From Candidatus Aminicenantales bacterium (lineage in GTDB: Bacteria > Acidobacteriota > Aminicenantia > Aminicenantales > Saccharicenantaceae): DNA of 64,000 bases. Below the pieces are notes generated by a model that saw nothing but the letters and a program-made list of their open reading frames with translations, searched no databases and was not told where the DNA came from. Location: positions 1-64,000 of the forward strand of contig JBEKXF010000005.1 of assembly GCA_049512315.1 (NCBI GenBank), given 5' to 3'. The position numbers and the translations under genes were made by a program. This document shows positions 1 through 9,889 of this stretch, piece after piece. Every line of letters begins with the position of its first letter. The stretch's first letter is position 1.

Positions 1-114
1 ACCGAGGAAGAGATCATGGCGGTCGAATCCCGGATCAACAACCGACCGAGGAAGTGCTTGAAGTATAAAACACCCCTCGAAGTCTTCACCCGAGTCGTTG
101 CACTTCGAAGTTGA
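1..114 (+). mobile_element. IS30-family transposase, C-terminal fragment (runs off window start)
   Basis: Frame +1 reads TEEEIMAVESRINNRPRKCLKYKTPLEVFTRVVALRS*, matching the IS30 C-terminal motif (L/I)NxRPRKxLxYxTPxE. The stop overlaps GTTGCACTTCGAAGTTGAAT, a likely right inverted repeat (~97-120). Not in the ORF track. Confidence 0.88.
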
Positions 115-170
115 ATGTGCAGGGGGAAAAGCGAGGACTTAAGGATTTCGCATTATAATCGCAGGGCGAT

Positions 171-218
171 CTTAAAGCGCTCTTTTCGAGGCCAAAAAGA
201 CGGAGTTAGGTCCCAAAA
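171..218. repeat. Degenerate palindromic repeat, homologous to 16060-16107
   Basis: Ungapped manual alignment of CTTAAAGCGCTCTTTTCGAGGCCAAAAAGACGGAGTTAGGTCCCAAAA to 16060-16107 gives 33/48 identities; a further GGACTTAAGG copy lies at 135-144. Confidence 0.5.
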
Positions 219-240
219 CGACCTATCTTTTAAGTTCATT

Positions 241-1239
241 TCATTCTTTATCAGCATCTTCCTGAGGCCCGACCCCAATAGGTTTCTTCAGGGGGATGCG
301 GGCCGCGTAGCCCCAGCTGTCCGGCTTCCTTTCGGCCACGATCATTTCTTTCGGCCGGATCCGGACGACCAGGAAAGATCCCGGCAGCGGGTCGGCCTGG
401 GAGGAGCCGACGCAGAAGGTCGGGATTCCGTCGACGTCAAGCCGCTGCACGACGTGGGTGTGCCCCCAGAAGAAGGCGATGACGTTATAGCCCTTGATGG
501 CGGCGGAAAGGGCTTGGCGCTCGCGGTCGGACCACCAGCCCAAGCCCCATACGTCCCAGCCGTAGTGCTGCAGAAGGACGACGGGCCGGCCGCTCCGGCC
601 GACATTCCCGGCCAGATCTTCCTCGAGAAACTCCAGGCTGTGCCCGGGCAGCCGCCATGGGCCGTCAAAATGCCGTCCCCACGGGTTGACGACAACGTCC
701 CCGTCTGAGCCGGCGAAAAGCCCGAGGCTCACGAAGTGGACCGCGGCCCAGTCCCACGAATAATTAATCCCGTTGGCTGAAACATTTCTCAGGCCCGGGC
801 GGATCCTGTTGCGTTCCCGGATGCCTTGCCGGACGAACTGGTTCTCGCCGCCGTCGTGATTGCCGGGGAGCTCATAGGCCGGGAACCGGAGCCGGCCCTC
901 GCCGTTGACGCCGAAGTCCGCCGTAAACTGCCGCCAGGAAAATTGCTGTCCGAGCGTCGCCGCGTCATCCGTCAGGTCGCCCAGGACGGCGACGCCGCGG
1001 GGAATCCCGACGACGCCGCCGATCTCCTTCGGATAAGCCGCTCCGGGTAGGGCGTTCATGGCATCAATGGTCTTTTCGTTTACGGCCGCGACCGTCGGGC
1101 TCAACCCGTAGTGCGTGTCCGAGGTGAGGAAAAGCGTGACTTCGTAAGCCGGCCGCTTCGGGAGCAAGAGAAAAGCGACCACCGCGACCGCGAAGAAGAT
1201 CAACGGGAGAAGAATGATGCGCCGGAGCTTCTTATTCAC
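241..1239 (-). CDS. Calcineurin-like metallophosphoesterase, N-terminally anchored or secreted
   Basis: Motifs SDTH, GDLTD, GNHD and GHTH; hydrophobic N-terminal segment. Confidence 0.85.
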   Translation of the reverse strand: MNKKLRRIILLPLIFFAVAVVAFLLLPKRPAYEVTLFLTSDTHYGLSPTVAAVNEKTIDAMNALPGAAYPKEIGGVVGIPRGVAVLGDLTDDAATLGQQFSWRQFTADFGVNGEGRLRFPAYELPGNHDGGENQFVRQGIRERNRIRPGLRNVSANGINYSWDWAAVHFVSLGLFAGSDGDVVVNPWGRHFDGPWRLPGHSLEFLEEDLAGNVGRSGRPVVLLQHYGWDVWGLGWWSDRERQALSAAIKGYNVIAFFWGHTHVVQRLDVDGIPTFCVGSSQADPLPGSFLVVRIRPKEMIVAERKPDSWGYAARIPLKKPIGVGPQEDADKE

Positions 1240-1338
1240 GGGATATCCAGTCCTTATCTTCCCGCCGGCACCCGCGGCCCTGAGTTTTCACACGCTCCGG
1301 ACCCGGGGATTTCCCCGGCATCTCGTTCCATGGTCGCC

Positions 1339-3432
1339 TCAAAGCACGGGGTCCACTTTGCCGCGACCCTCTCGGGGCTTGATGGCTTCCTTGGTCCGTG
1401 GCAGCCAGACGGACATTTCGCCGTCGCCGCGGTTGGCCCAGGCATAATACGGGACGGCCTGGAATTCGAGCCTTTTCATTTCGGTCTTCCCGTCCTTGAC
1501 CTTGACATAGACGGTCGCCGGACCCGTGATGACCTGGACGCCGCCGAGAAGGTCCGGCCGGAAGAGCGTCCGGAGCCTGGCGGAGTCCGGGATGACCATG
1601 TCGAGGGCATCGCCGCCGTTGTCGATCCCTTCCGCGCAAAAGACGATCGGGCCGCGCTCGAGAGCCACCATCCCGGCGTCGGCCGCGACGAGGTCGTTCG
1701 CCACCACCCGCCGGACGGGCATGGGCAGGGAGAGCTCGATGACGTCGCCGACCTTCCAGGTGCGCCGGACCCTGGCGTAACCGGCCGAGGGGTCGATCCC
1801 GACCGATTTTCCATTGACCTTGAGCTCCGGCTTCTCGTCATTCCTGTCCACGAAGCGGAAGGGCCCTCCCGGCACGGCCTCGTTCCGGGCCCAACCGGGG
1901 ATGCGGACCGCGACCTCGAACTCGGCGATCCCGCCCTCCGGGTTGACCGTGATCTTGACCGTGCCATCCCAGGGATAGCGGGTGTCCTGGATCAGCACGA
2001 CTTTTTTCCCGTTGATGTCGATCCGGCTCCCGCTCGCGATATAAAGGTTCACGAAGACCGTAGCCTCTTTCATTGCATAGACATAGCCTGGGATGGACGG
2101 CAGGAACCGGGTGATATTCGGCGGGCAGCAGGCCACCTCGAACCAGGGGCTGCGGGCATAGCCTCCGGCGGATTCGAGCGGGTTCTGGTAGAAGAAGCGG
2201 TCCCCGGAGAGCGACACGCCGGACAACAGGCCGTTGTACATGACCCGTTCCATGACGTCGATATATTTCGGTTCGCCGTGGAGGAGGAAGAGCCTCTCGT
2301 TCCAGAGGGCGTTCCCGATGGCCGCGCAGGTCTCGGCATAGGCGTTGTTCGGCAGCTCGTAGTTTTCACCGAAGCCCTCCACGATTCCGCGCGAGCCCAC
2401 CCCGCCGGTCAGGTACATTTTCTTGCCGACGACGCTCTCCCAGAGCCGGTCGATGGCCGTCGCGTACTCCGGATAGCCGCCGAGGGCGGCCACATCCGCC
2501 ATGCCCGCATACATGTACATGGCCCGGACGGCGTGACCGACCGCCTCGTCCTGCTCGAGGACGGGCTTGTGGTTCTGCATGTACTCGTCCGAGTCGTAGA
2601 CGGCGAACGGGTCGTTCGGGGCGTGCTTCTCACCGCCGAAGTAATGTCCGCGCTCGTCGAGGAAGAACTTGGCCAGGTCGAGATAGGCCCGTCGTCCCGT
2701 GGCCCGGAAGAGCTTGGCCAAGCCGATCTCGACCTCCTGGTGGCCGGGAAAGCCGCGGCGCTGCCCGGGGCCGAAGCCGAAGGTCCGGACAAGGAGGTCG
2801 GCATTCTTCAGGGCAACGTCCAAGAAGGAGCGCTCGCTGGTCGCCAGATAATGGGCGACGGCGGCCTCGTACATGTGGCCCACGTTGTAGAGCTCGTGGC
2901 TGACGCGGAGGTTCGACCAGCGCTCCGGGCCGGCGCCGGGAGCCGGGTTCTTGGGATCGATGGTCCTCGCCGTGTACAGGTAGCCGTCCGGCTCCTGGGC
3001 CTTGCCGATGATCGCGACAAGATCGTTCAGCTGCTTCCGGAGGGCCGGGTCGGGATGGAGAATCAGCGTATAGGCGGCGCCCTCCATGGCCTTGTAGATG
3101 TCGGAATCGTTGAAGCGCTTGCCCCTATAGGAGCCGGTCATCAGGCGGGCGGCCTTGCGGAAGTTGTCGACACGGCCCGTCTCCTCGTTCATCTTCAAGG
3201 CCGAGGGGACCGAAACGGTGCGGTTCGTCTCGAGGCGCGGCGCCCAGAAGGCGTCGGTGATCTTGACGTCCGTGAAGGCTACCGGCCGGACCGGATAGTC
3301 CTTCTGGAGGGTCCTGGATGGAACCCGGAGATCACGGGCGGGGGCGATCGCCGGCGAGAGCGCCGGGAGGACGAAGACAACGATGGCGAGGGCGAGGGGG
3401 GCGAACCCGGTCAGTCTCTTCGAGAGCGGCAT
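1339..3432 (-). CDS. GH127 beta-L-arabinofuranosidase (secreted), paralog 1
   Basis: Motifs FNDSDIYK, HELYN, GHQE, GHAVR, EGFG, YAETCA and ACCPPN (Zn/Cys catalytic set of HypBA1-like GH127); signal peptide. Confidence 0.93.
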   Translation of the reverse strand: MPLSKRLTGFAPLALAIVVFVLPALSPAIAPARDLRVPSRTLQKDYPVRPVAFTDVKITDAFWAPRLETNRTVSVPSALKMNEETGRVDNFRKAARLMTGSYRGKRFNDSDIYKAMEGAAYTLILHPDPALRKQLNDLVAIIGKAQEPDGYLYTARTIDPKNPAPGAGPERWSNLRVSHELYNVGHMYEAAVAHYLATSERSFLDVALKNADLLVRTFGFGPGQRRGFPGHQEVEIGLAKLFRATGRRAYLDLAKFFLDERGHYFGGEKHAPNDPFAVYDSDEYMQNHKPVLEQDEAVGHAVRAMYMYAGMADVAALGGYPEYATAIDRLWESVVGKKMYLTGGVGSRGIVEGFGENYELPNNAYAETCAAIGNALWNERLFLLHGEPKYIDVMERVMYNGLLSGVSLSGDRFFYQNPLESAGGYARSPWFEVACCPPNITRFLPSIPGYVYAMKEATVFVNLYIASGSRIDINGKKVVLIQDTRYPWDGTVKITVNPEGGIAEFEVAVRIPGWARNEAVPGGPFRFVDRNDEKPELKVNGKSVGIDPSAGYARVRRTWKVGDVIELSLPMPVRRVVANDLVAADAGMVALERGPIVFCAEGIDNGGDALDMVIPDSARLRTLFRPDLLGGVQVITGPATVYVKVKDGKTEMKRLEFQAVPYYAWANRGDGEMSVWLPRTKEAIKPREGRGKVDPVL

Positions 3433-3564
3433 GAATTTCCTCCGGTCATAAGGCCAGACAATTTATTATACAATAAATGAACCACCCGGCGGCCCGGCGC
3501 GATTCACCGGCTGTCTCCTCAACTTCCCGTTTTCGGGGGCCAAAAACGACGATGGAACGATGGA

Positions 3565-3593
3565 TTGAGGCCCGGGGTCGATTCCTATATAAT
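3565..3593 (+). promoter_or_regulatory. Sigma70-like promoter for the TauE/SafE gene
   Basis: TTGAGG-N17-TATAAT. Confidence 0.55.
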
Positions 3594-3645
3594 TCAGGGG
3601 CCAAATGAAAGAGATCGTCAGGGCGTCCGCCGGGACTGCGAGGTC

Positions 3646-4425
3646 ATGACAGGACCGTGGCTGATCCTGGTCGGCGCCGCCGCCGGAGTGTTCGCCGGGC
3701 TGTTCGGCATCGGCGGCGGCATCATCATCGTCCCGGCCCTCATCCTCCTCGCCGGGTTTCCCCTCGTCAAGGCGACGGGGACATCGCTGGCCGCGATCCT
3801 TCTCCCCGTCGGCATTCTCGGGGTCATCGCCTATTACCGGGCCAAGATCATCGACCTCCGGGCGTCCCTCTTCATCGCCCTGGGACTCATGACGTCGGTC
3901 GCCGCGGGCGCGTGGCTCGCCAACACCCTGCCCGTCGAGATCATGCGGAAGGTCTTCGCGGTCTTCTGCCTCTATGTCGGCTGGAACTTCATCGACCCGG
4001 TCCGCCGCGTCCGTCGCCTGCGCGGCCGGATCGTCCCGGCCAGGACCGAGCCGGAAACGAACCCGCGGCCGCCCGTTCCCGCGCTCGTCTCGATCGGACT
4101 GCTGGCCGGCCTGATGGCGGGGATGTTCGGGATCGGGGGCGGCAACATCATCGTCCCCCTGCTCATCCTCGCCCTGGGCTACCCTGCCAAGCGGGCCATC
4201 GCCACTTCGCTCGGGGCCATCCTCCTGCCCTTCGGCCTGCCGGGCATCCTCGTTTATTATCACAGCGGGACGCTCGACCTCGGCGCGGCGGCCTGGATCG
4301 CACTCGGACTTTTCGTCGGCACCGTCTTCGGCGCCCTGATCACGATCCGCCTTCGCTCGGCGACGGTCAAACTCCTCTACGGGCTTTTTCTCGTCGTCGT
4401 CGCCTGCCGCTTTCTGTTCTGGTGA
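3646..4425 (+). CDS. Sulfite exporter TauE/SafE family membrane protein
   Basis: Two repeats of GxFGIGGG..VPxL and A.(G/A)TSL; strongly hydrophobic. ATG at 3646 chosen. Confidence 0.88.
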   Translation: MTGPWLILVGAAAGVFAGLFGIGGGIIIVPALILLAGFPLVKATGTSLAAILLPVGILGVIAYYRAKIIDLRASLFIALGLMTSVAAGAWLANTLPVEIMRKVFAVFCLYVGWNFIDPVRRVRRLRGRIVPARTEPETNPRPPVPALVSIGLLAGLMAGMFGIGGGNIIVPLLILALGYPAKRAIATSLGAILLPFGLPGILVYYHSGTLDLGAAAWIALGLFVGTVFGALITIRLRSATVKLLYGLFLVVVACRFLFW

Positions 4426-4486
4426 ACCGTCTTCTTTGAAGGATCGGGCCTTAGACCGCGACCTTGAACAGCTTGCCGGATACTCC

Positions 4487-4515
4487 TTGTCCACGGCCGC
4501 CGATCCAGCTATAAT
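4487..4515 (+). promoter_or_regulatory. Sigma70-like promoter for pyrE
   Basis: TTGTCC-N17-TATAAT, followed by an AGAGGAG Shine-Dalgarno. Confidence 0.6.
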
Positions 4516-4556
4516 CGGCCCTCCCAGATCCGAGATCCGCGCAGAGGAGCGAAACG

Positions 4557-5156
4557 ATGGCCGAAAACCCGCACGATCAACTGGTCCTCAGCCTCTTTAA
4601 GGAATGCGACGCCCTGCTCCAGGGTCATTTCAAACTGACCTCGGGCAAGCACTCCGAGTGGTACTTCGAGAAGATCCGGCTCATCGAAAAGCCGGCGGCG
4701 CTCGAAAAGATCGTCGACCTCCTGGTCGAGAAGATCGAGGCCGAGGTCCCCGATTTCGACTACGTCGTCTCGCCGGCCTACGGAGCGATCGCGATCGGCT
4801 TCCTGGCGGCCCTCAAGCTCGGCAAGAAGTTCGCCTTCACCCAGCGGGCCGACGAGAAAATGACCATCCGCTCGGGCTTCTCCGGGCTCGACGGCTCCCG
4901 GGCCGTCATCGTCGAGGACATCCTGACCACGGGCGGATCGATCCAGGAAGTCGTCACCTGCCTGAAGGAACACCAGGTCTCAATCGGAGGGATCTACGTC
5001 CTCGTCGACCGCAGCGGCGGGGCGATCCCGGTCGAGGGGAAGGCCGTCGGCAGCCTGCTGGCCCTCAAGGTCGAGGCCTTCGAGCCGGATGTCTGCCCCT
5101 TCTGCAAGAAGGGCCTGCCCATCACCAAGCCCGGCGCATCGGACAAGAAAGCCTGA
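4557..5156 (+). CDS. pyrE: Orotate phosphoribosyltransferase
   Basis: GHFKLTSGKHS, PRPP-binding loop VIVEDILTTGGS, VLVDRS, C-terminal CPFC..G.P.KPG. Confidence 0.9.
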   Translation: MAENPHDQLVLSLFKECDALLQGHFKLTSGKHSEWYFEKIRLIEKPAALEKIVDLLVEKIEAEVPDFDYVVSPAYGAIAIGFLAALKLGKKFAFTQRADEKMTIRSGFSGLDGSRAVIVEDILTTGGSIQEVVTCLKEHQVSIGGIYVLVDRSGGAIPVEGKAVGSLLALKVEAFEPDVCPFCKKGLPITKPGASDKKA

Positions 5157-5285
5157 GAACTTAGGAGAAGGGCCTGAGGGCGGCGCTGATGGCCATCTGT
5201 ATTTATTCACTCGCGCTGAAGATAGCGACCTCGAGACGGGAGCCATCCGCTTAAGCCGCGGACACGATCTCGAGCCGGTCTTGGC

Positions 5286-6788
5286 CTATTTTTTTGGCCG
5301 GGGTGGTTTGGCCGGCGTGGGCGCTGCCGACGGCGGCGGCGCGAGCCCCGCGGGGTCCGAACTCCGCCACCCGCCGCCCAGCGCCTTGATGAGGTTGACG
5401 CTGGCCGTTGATTGCCGGGTCAGCAGTTCGACCGCCAGCCGTTCGTTGGCGAGGGCCGTGTTCTGCGCCGACACGACCTCGAGGTATGATGTGACGCCGT
5501 TCATATAGCGGTTCTTGGCCAGGCTGAGCGTCCGCTCGGCTGCCGCGACGGCCACGGCTTGGTACTGCGCTTCCTGCGCGAGCATTCGGAGCGCGGCCAG
5601 GTTGTCCTCTACTTGTTGCAACGCCGTCAGCACCGTCTCTCGATATTCAGCGACGGTGGCGTCGTAGGCCGCCCAGGCCTGACGATATGTCGAGCGGCGT
5701 TTTCCAGCGTCGAATATCGTCTCGGCCAGGGACGCCCCCAACGACCAGATGCGGTTCGGCAGCGAGAACAGGCTGGCGAGCGGCGATCCGTAGTAGCCAG
5801 CCAGACCCGTGAGATTCAACGTCGGGAAGTATCCCGCCACGGCGATGCCGATCTGGGCGTTGGCCGCGGCGACGCGTCTCTCGGCGGCGGCGATGTCGGG
5901 CCGACGTTCGAGAAGTTCGGACGGAAGCCCGACGGGAATCTCCGGCGGCGCCGCCCCGAGCGGCGCGGCAGCGGCGGAGAATTCCTGGGGCGCCTTGCCG
6001 GCGAGCACCGCGAGGGCGTGTTCGAGCTGGGCCCGCGTAATCTCGAGGTCGGTCGCCTGGGCCCGCGTCGACTCGAGCTGCGTCTTCGCCTGGGCGACAT
6101 CGATGCCCGAGGCGACGCCCTGCCGGTAGCGGTTCTCCGTGAGTCCGTACTCGGTCTGGTAGCCGGCGACCGTCTTCTGCAGGAGCTGGATCTCCGCGTC
6201 CACGCCATGGAGGAGGAAGTAGTCCGCCGCCGCCTCCGCCTGCATGGCCAGCCGAACGCTCTCGAGGTCGGCCGCGCTGGCCTGAACGCCGGCGATCGCG
6301 GCTTGGACACTGCGCCGGATCCGGCCGAAAAGGTCCAGCTCCCAACCGAGGTCGACAGGGACCTCGTAGGCCGTGACGGCCGCAGGCGCTTGGCCGGCGC
6401 CGGCCGACGTCGTGGTCAATCCGCTCGACCGCGTGACCGAGGCGCCCACGCCGACTGCGGGAAAGAGCGATGAGCGGACGCCGCCGACAAGGGCCCGGGC
6501 GCCGCGATACTGGGCCTCGGCCAGGGCTATCGTCTGGTTCGAAACGTTCACTTGTTCCTCAAGCTCGTTGAGCGCCTGGTCATGGAAGATCTCCCACCAT
6601 TTGGCGCGCCTGGCCGCGTCGCCCGGCTGCGCGGCCTTCCATGTCACGGCGGCCGTCGTCCCCTCCTTGGGCATTTCCTTATATCCCTGCGGAAGAACGG
6701 GCGCCGAGGGTTTCCGGTACGTGGGGCCGACCAGGCAGGCCTCGACGAATAGGATCGGCATGACCATTAGAGCGTGTCTCAACCTCAT
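5286..6788 (-). CDS. RND efflux outer-membrane lipoprotein (NodT/OprM family)
   Basis: Start [56 protein letters not shown]. Start overlaps the mdtC stop (ATGA). Confidence 0.92.
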   Translation of the reverse strand: MRLRHALMVMPILFVEACLVGPTYRKPSAPVLPQGYKEMPKEGTTAAVTWKAAQPGDAARRAKWWEIFHDQALNELEEQVNVSNQTIALAEAQYRGARALVGGVRSSLFPAVGVGASVTRSSGLTTTSAGAGQAPAAVTAYEVPVDLGWELDLFGRIRRSVQAAIAGVQASAADLESVRLAMQAEAAADYFLLHGVDAEIQLLQKTVAGYQTEYGLTENRYRQGVASGIDVAQAKTQLESTRAQATDLEITRAQLEHALAVLAGKAPQEFSAAAAPLGAAPPEIPVGLPSELLERRPDIAAAERRVAAANAQIGIAVAGYFPTLNLTGLAGYYGSPLASLFSLPNRIWSLGASLAETIFDAGKRRSTYRQAWAAYDATVAEYRETVLTALQQVEDNLAALRMLAQEAQYQAVAVAAAERTLSLAKNRYMNGVTSYLEVVSAQNTALANERLAVELLTRQSTASVNLIKALGGGWRSSDPAGLAPPPSAAPTPAKPPRPKK

Positions 6789-9700
6789 GCTCCCTCCCTG
6801 TGAGAAGCGAAGCGGCGGACAAGCCTCCGCCGGGCCGCCGCCAGCCGGAGCCGGAAGCGGTCGAGATAGAGATAAACGACCGGCGTCGTGAAGAGCGTCA
6901 ACATCTGGCTGAAGATGAGCCCGCCCACGATCGCGATCCCCAGGGGCCGACGCAGCTCCGACCCAGTGCCGCCGCCGATCGCGAGCGGCAACCCGCTCAG
7001 GAGGGCGGCCATCGTCGTCATGGTGATCGGGCGGAACCGCAGCAGGCACGCCTGGAAAATCGCCTCTTCCGGCTTTTTCCCTTCGGTGCGTTCGGCGTCG
7101 ATGGCAAAATCGATCATCAGGATCGCGTTCTTCTTGACGATGCCGATGAGCAGGATGATGCCGATCAGGGCGATGACCGAAAGCTCTGTCCGGAACAGGA
7201 GCAACGCCAGGAGCGCGCCGACCCCGGCCGAGGGCAGCGTCGAGAGGATCGTCACCGGGTGGATGAGGCTTTCGTAGAGGACGCCAAGGACGATGTAGAC
7301 CGCTAGGACCGCCGCCAGGATCAGGATATTCTCGTTGGCCAGGGACGACTGGAACGCCTGGGCCGTCCCCTGGAAACTGCCGCGGATGCCGGCCGGCAGG
7401 CGGATCTCCGCCTCCGTCCGCTTGACGGCGTCCATGGCCGTTCCGAGCGCGACGTCGGCGGCAAGGTTGAAGGAGATCGTGACCGAGGGGAATTGCCCCT
7501 GGTGATTGACCGTCAGGGGAGCCGTCCTCGGTTCGAACTGGGTGAAGGCGGCGAGCGGCACCAGGCCTGATTTGGTAGTCGGGATGTAGACGAGCTTGAG
7601 GCCCTCGGGGTTCTGCCAGTACTTCGGGTCGAGATCCATGATCACGTGGTACTGGTTGAGCGCCGTGTACATGGTCGACACCTGCCGCTGGCCGAAGGCG
7701 TCGTAGAGATAGTCGTCCATTGTCTGCGGCGTGATGCCGAGGCGCGACGCCGTGGTCCGGTCGATGGCCAGGTTGGCTTGGAGCCCGCGGTTCTGCTGGT
7801 CGCTGTTGACGTCCGTGAGCTCCTTCAGGCGGCGTAGCTCGTCGTAAACACGCGGCGCCCACTCGAACAGCACGTTCGGGTCGTCGCCCTGAAGGGTGTA
7901 TTGATACTGGGCCGCGCCGAAGCGGCCGCCGACGCGCAGGTCCTGGTTCGACTGCATATAGAGGGTCGCCCCGGGGACGTGGCCGGACTTGGCCCGTAGG
8001 CGCGCGATGACCTGGTCGGCCGTCACGTCCCGGTCTTCCTTAGGCTTCAGGCTGATGAACAGCCGGCCCGAGTTGAGGGTGCCGCCGCCGATGAACCCGG
8101 CCACGTTATCGACCGCGGGATCATGGCTTACCGTATCGACGAAGTCGGTGATCCGCCGCCTCTGGGCCTGGAACGACGTGTCCTGATCGGCGATGATCGA
8201 CCCGGTCAGGCGGCTCGTGTCCTGCTGGGGGAAGAACCCCTTCGGGATCTTGACGTAGAGGAAGACGGTGGCGGCCATGGTCGCCAGCGTCACGGCGATC
8301 GTCAGGCGCTGATGTCGCAGGACCCAGCCGAGGGCCCGCTCGTAGCCGCGGAGGATCGCTGCGAACCAGCGCTCGCTCGCCCGAAACAGGCGCCCACCGC
8401 CGTCCTTGCGGTACGGCTTGAGGAGTTTGGCGCACATCATCGGGGTCGCCGTGAGCGAGACCACGAGGGAAACGAGGATGGCGACTGACAGGGTGACGGC
8501 GAACTCCCGGAACAGGCGGCCGACGATGCCGCCCATGAGAAGGATGGGGATGAAGACGGCCACGAGGGACAGGCTGATCGAGAGGACCGTAAATCCGATC
8601 TCCTCGGCGCCCTTGAAGGCCGCCTCCAGGGGCGACAGTCCGGCCTCGATGTGCCGGGTGATGTTCTCGATCACGACGATGGCGTCGTCGACGACGAATC
8701 CCGTGGCGATTGTCATGGCCATGAGCGACAGGTTGTCGATACTGAACTTCAGGATATACATCACGCCGAAGGTCCCGATCAGGGAGATGGGCACGGCCAC
8801 GCTCGGGATGAACGTCGAGCGCACGCTCCGGAGGAAAAGGAAGACGACCAGGATGACCAGGCCGAGGGCGATGAGGAGCGTGATCTCGACGTCGCGGACC
8901 GACGCCCGGATCGTCCGCGTGGCGTCGACGAGCACCGACAGGTCGATGGTCGGCGGGATCGCGGCCCGGAGCTGGGGCAGGACGGCCCGGATGCCGTCCA
9001 CGGTCGCGATGATGTTGGCGCCCGGCTGGCGGGAAATGATGACGATGATCGCCGGCTTGCCGTTCGAGAGGCCGGCCGCACGGATGTCCTCGACCGAGTC
9101 CGTGACGTTGGCGATATCGGCCAGACGGACCGCGGCGCCGTTGCGATAGCTGACGACGAGCGGACGGTACTCGGCCGCTTTCATAAGCTGGTCCGTCGCC
9201 GACAGGGACCAAACGCGGGTCATGCCGGCGACCTCGCCCTTGGGCCGGTTGGCGTTCGCGGACTCGAGCGCGGCGCGGATGTCCTCGAGGCCCAGCCCGG
9301 TGCTGTTCAGGGCCACCGGGTTGATGTCGACGCGGACGGCGGGCAACGCGCCGCCGCCGACCGTGACCTGGCCAACGCCGGGGACCTGGGCCAGCTTCTG
9401 CTGGAGGATGGACGAGGCGAGATCATACATGCGCGCCCGCTCAACGACCTCGGAGGAGAGAGCCAGCAGCATGATCGGGGCATCGGACGGATTGACCTTG
9501 CGGTAGCCGGGGTTGCTCGGGAGGTTCTTCGGCAACTGGCCGCGGGCGGCGTTGATGGCAGCCTGCACGTCCCGGGCGGCGGCGTCGATGTTACGGTTGA
9601 GGTCGAACTGGAGCGTGACGTTGGCCGAACCCAGGCCGCACGACGAGGTCATTTCGGTGACCCCGGCGATGCGGCCGAACTGGCGTTCGAGCGGGGTCGC

Positions 9701-9889
9701 GACGGAGGAGGCCATCGTTTCGGGGCTGGCCCCCGGAAGGCCCGCGTAGACGCTGATCGTCGGGAATTCGACCTGGGGCAGCGGCGAAACCGGCAGGAAC
9801 CTGAATCCGACCGCGCCCGCCAGAGCGATCGCGACGACCATCAAGGTCGTCGCCACCGGGCGGCGGATGAACGGCGCGGAGAGGTTCAC
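6785..9889 (-). CDS. mdtC: Multidrug efflux RND permease MdtC
   Basis: [44 protein letters not shown]; second of a tandem RND pair. Confidence 0.9.
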   Translation of the reverse strand: MNLSAPFIRRPVATTLMVVAIALAGAVGFRFLPVSPLPQVEFPTISVYAGLPGASPETMASSVATPLERQFGRIAGVTEMTSSCGLGSANVTLQFDLNRNIDAAARDVQAAINAARGQLPKNLPSNPGYRKVNPSDAPIMLLALSSEVVERARMYDLASSILQQKLAQVPGVGQVTVGGGALPAVRVDINPVALNSTGLGLEDIRAALESANANRPKGEVAGMTRVWSLSATDQLMKAAEYRPLVVSYRNGAAVRLADIANVTDSVEDIRAAGLSNGKPAIIVIISRQPGANIIATVDGIRAVLPQLRAAIPPTIDLSVLVDATRTIRASVRDVEITLLIALGLVILVVFLFLRSVRSTFIPSVAVPISLIGTFGVMYILKFSIDNLSLMAMTIATGFVVDDAIVVIENITRHIEAGLSPLEAAFKGAEEIGFTVLSISLSLVAVFIPILLMGGIVGRLFREFAVTLSVAILVSLVVSLTATPMMCAKLLKPYRKDGGGRLFRASERWFAAILRGYERALGWVLRHQRLTIAVTLATMAATVFLYVKIPKGFFPQQDTSRLTGSIIADQDTSFQAQRRRITDFVDTVSHDPAVDNVAGFIGGGTLNSGRLFISLKPKEDRDVTADQVIARLRAKSGHVPGATLYMQSNQDLRVGGRFGAAQYQYTLQGDDPNVLFEWAPRVYDELRRLKELTDVNSDQQNRGLQANLAIDRTTASRLGITPQTMDDYLYDAFGQRQVSTMYTALNQYHVIMDLDPKYWQNPEGLKLVYIPTTKSGLVPLAAFTQFEPRTAPLTVNHQGQFPSVTISFNLAADVALGTAMDAVKRTEAEIRLPAGIRGSFQGTAQAFQSSLANENILILAAVLAVYIVLGVLYESLIHPVTILSTLPSAGVGALLALLLFRTELSVIALIGIILLIGIVKKNAILMIDFAIDAERTEGKKPEEAIFQACLLRFRPITMTTMAALLSGLPLAIGGGTGSELRRPLGIAIVGGLIFSQMLTLFTTPVVYLYLDRFRLRLAAARRRLVRRFASHREGA

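Noticed and set aside
1111..3480. 789-aa plus-strand ORF, and similar long antisense ORFs (9955-11955, 20532-22526, 29418-31781, 31922-33646, 42072-44306)
   Set aside because: Antisense shadows of well-supported genes in high-GC DNA; no recognisable motifs.
6789..7862. Apparent 357-aa N-terminal extension of the outer-membrane factor (858-aa ORF)
   Set aside because: Out-of-frame overlap with mdtC; the real start is at 6788, with SD and lipobox.
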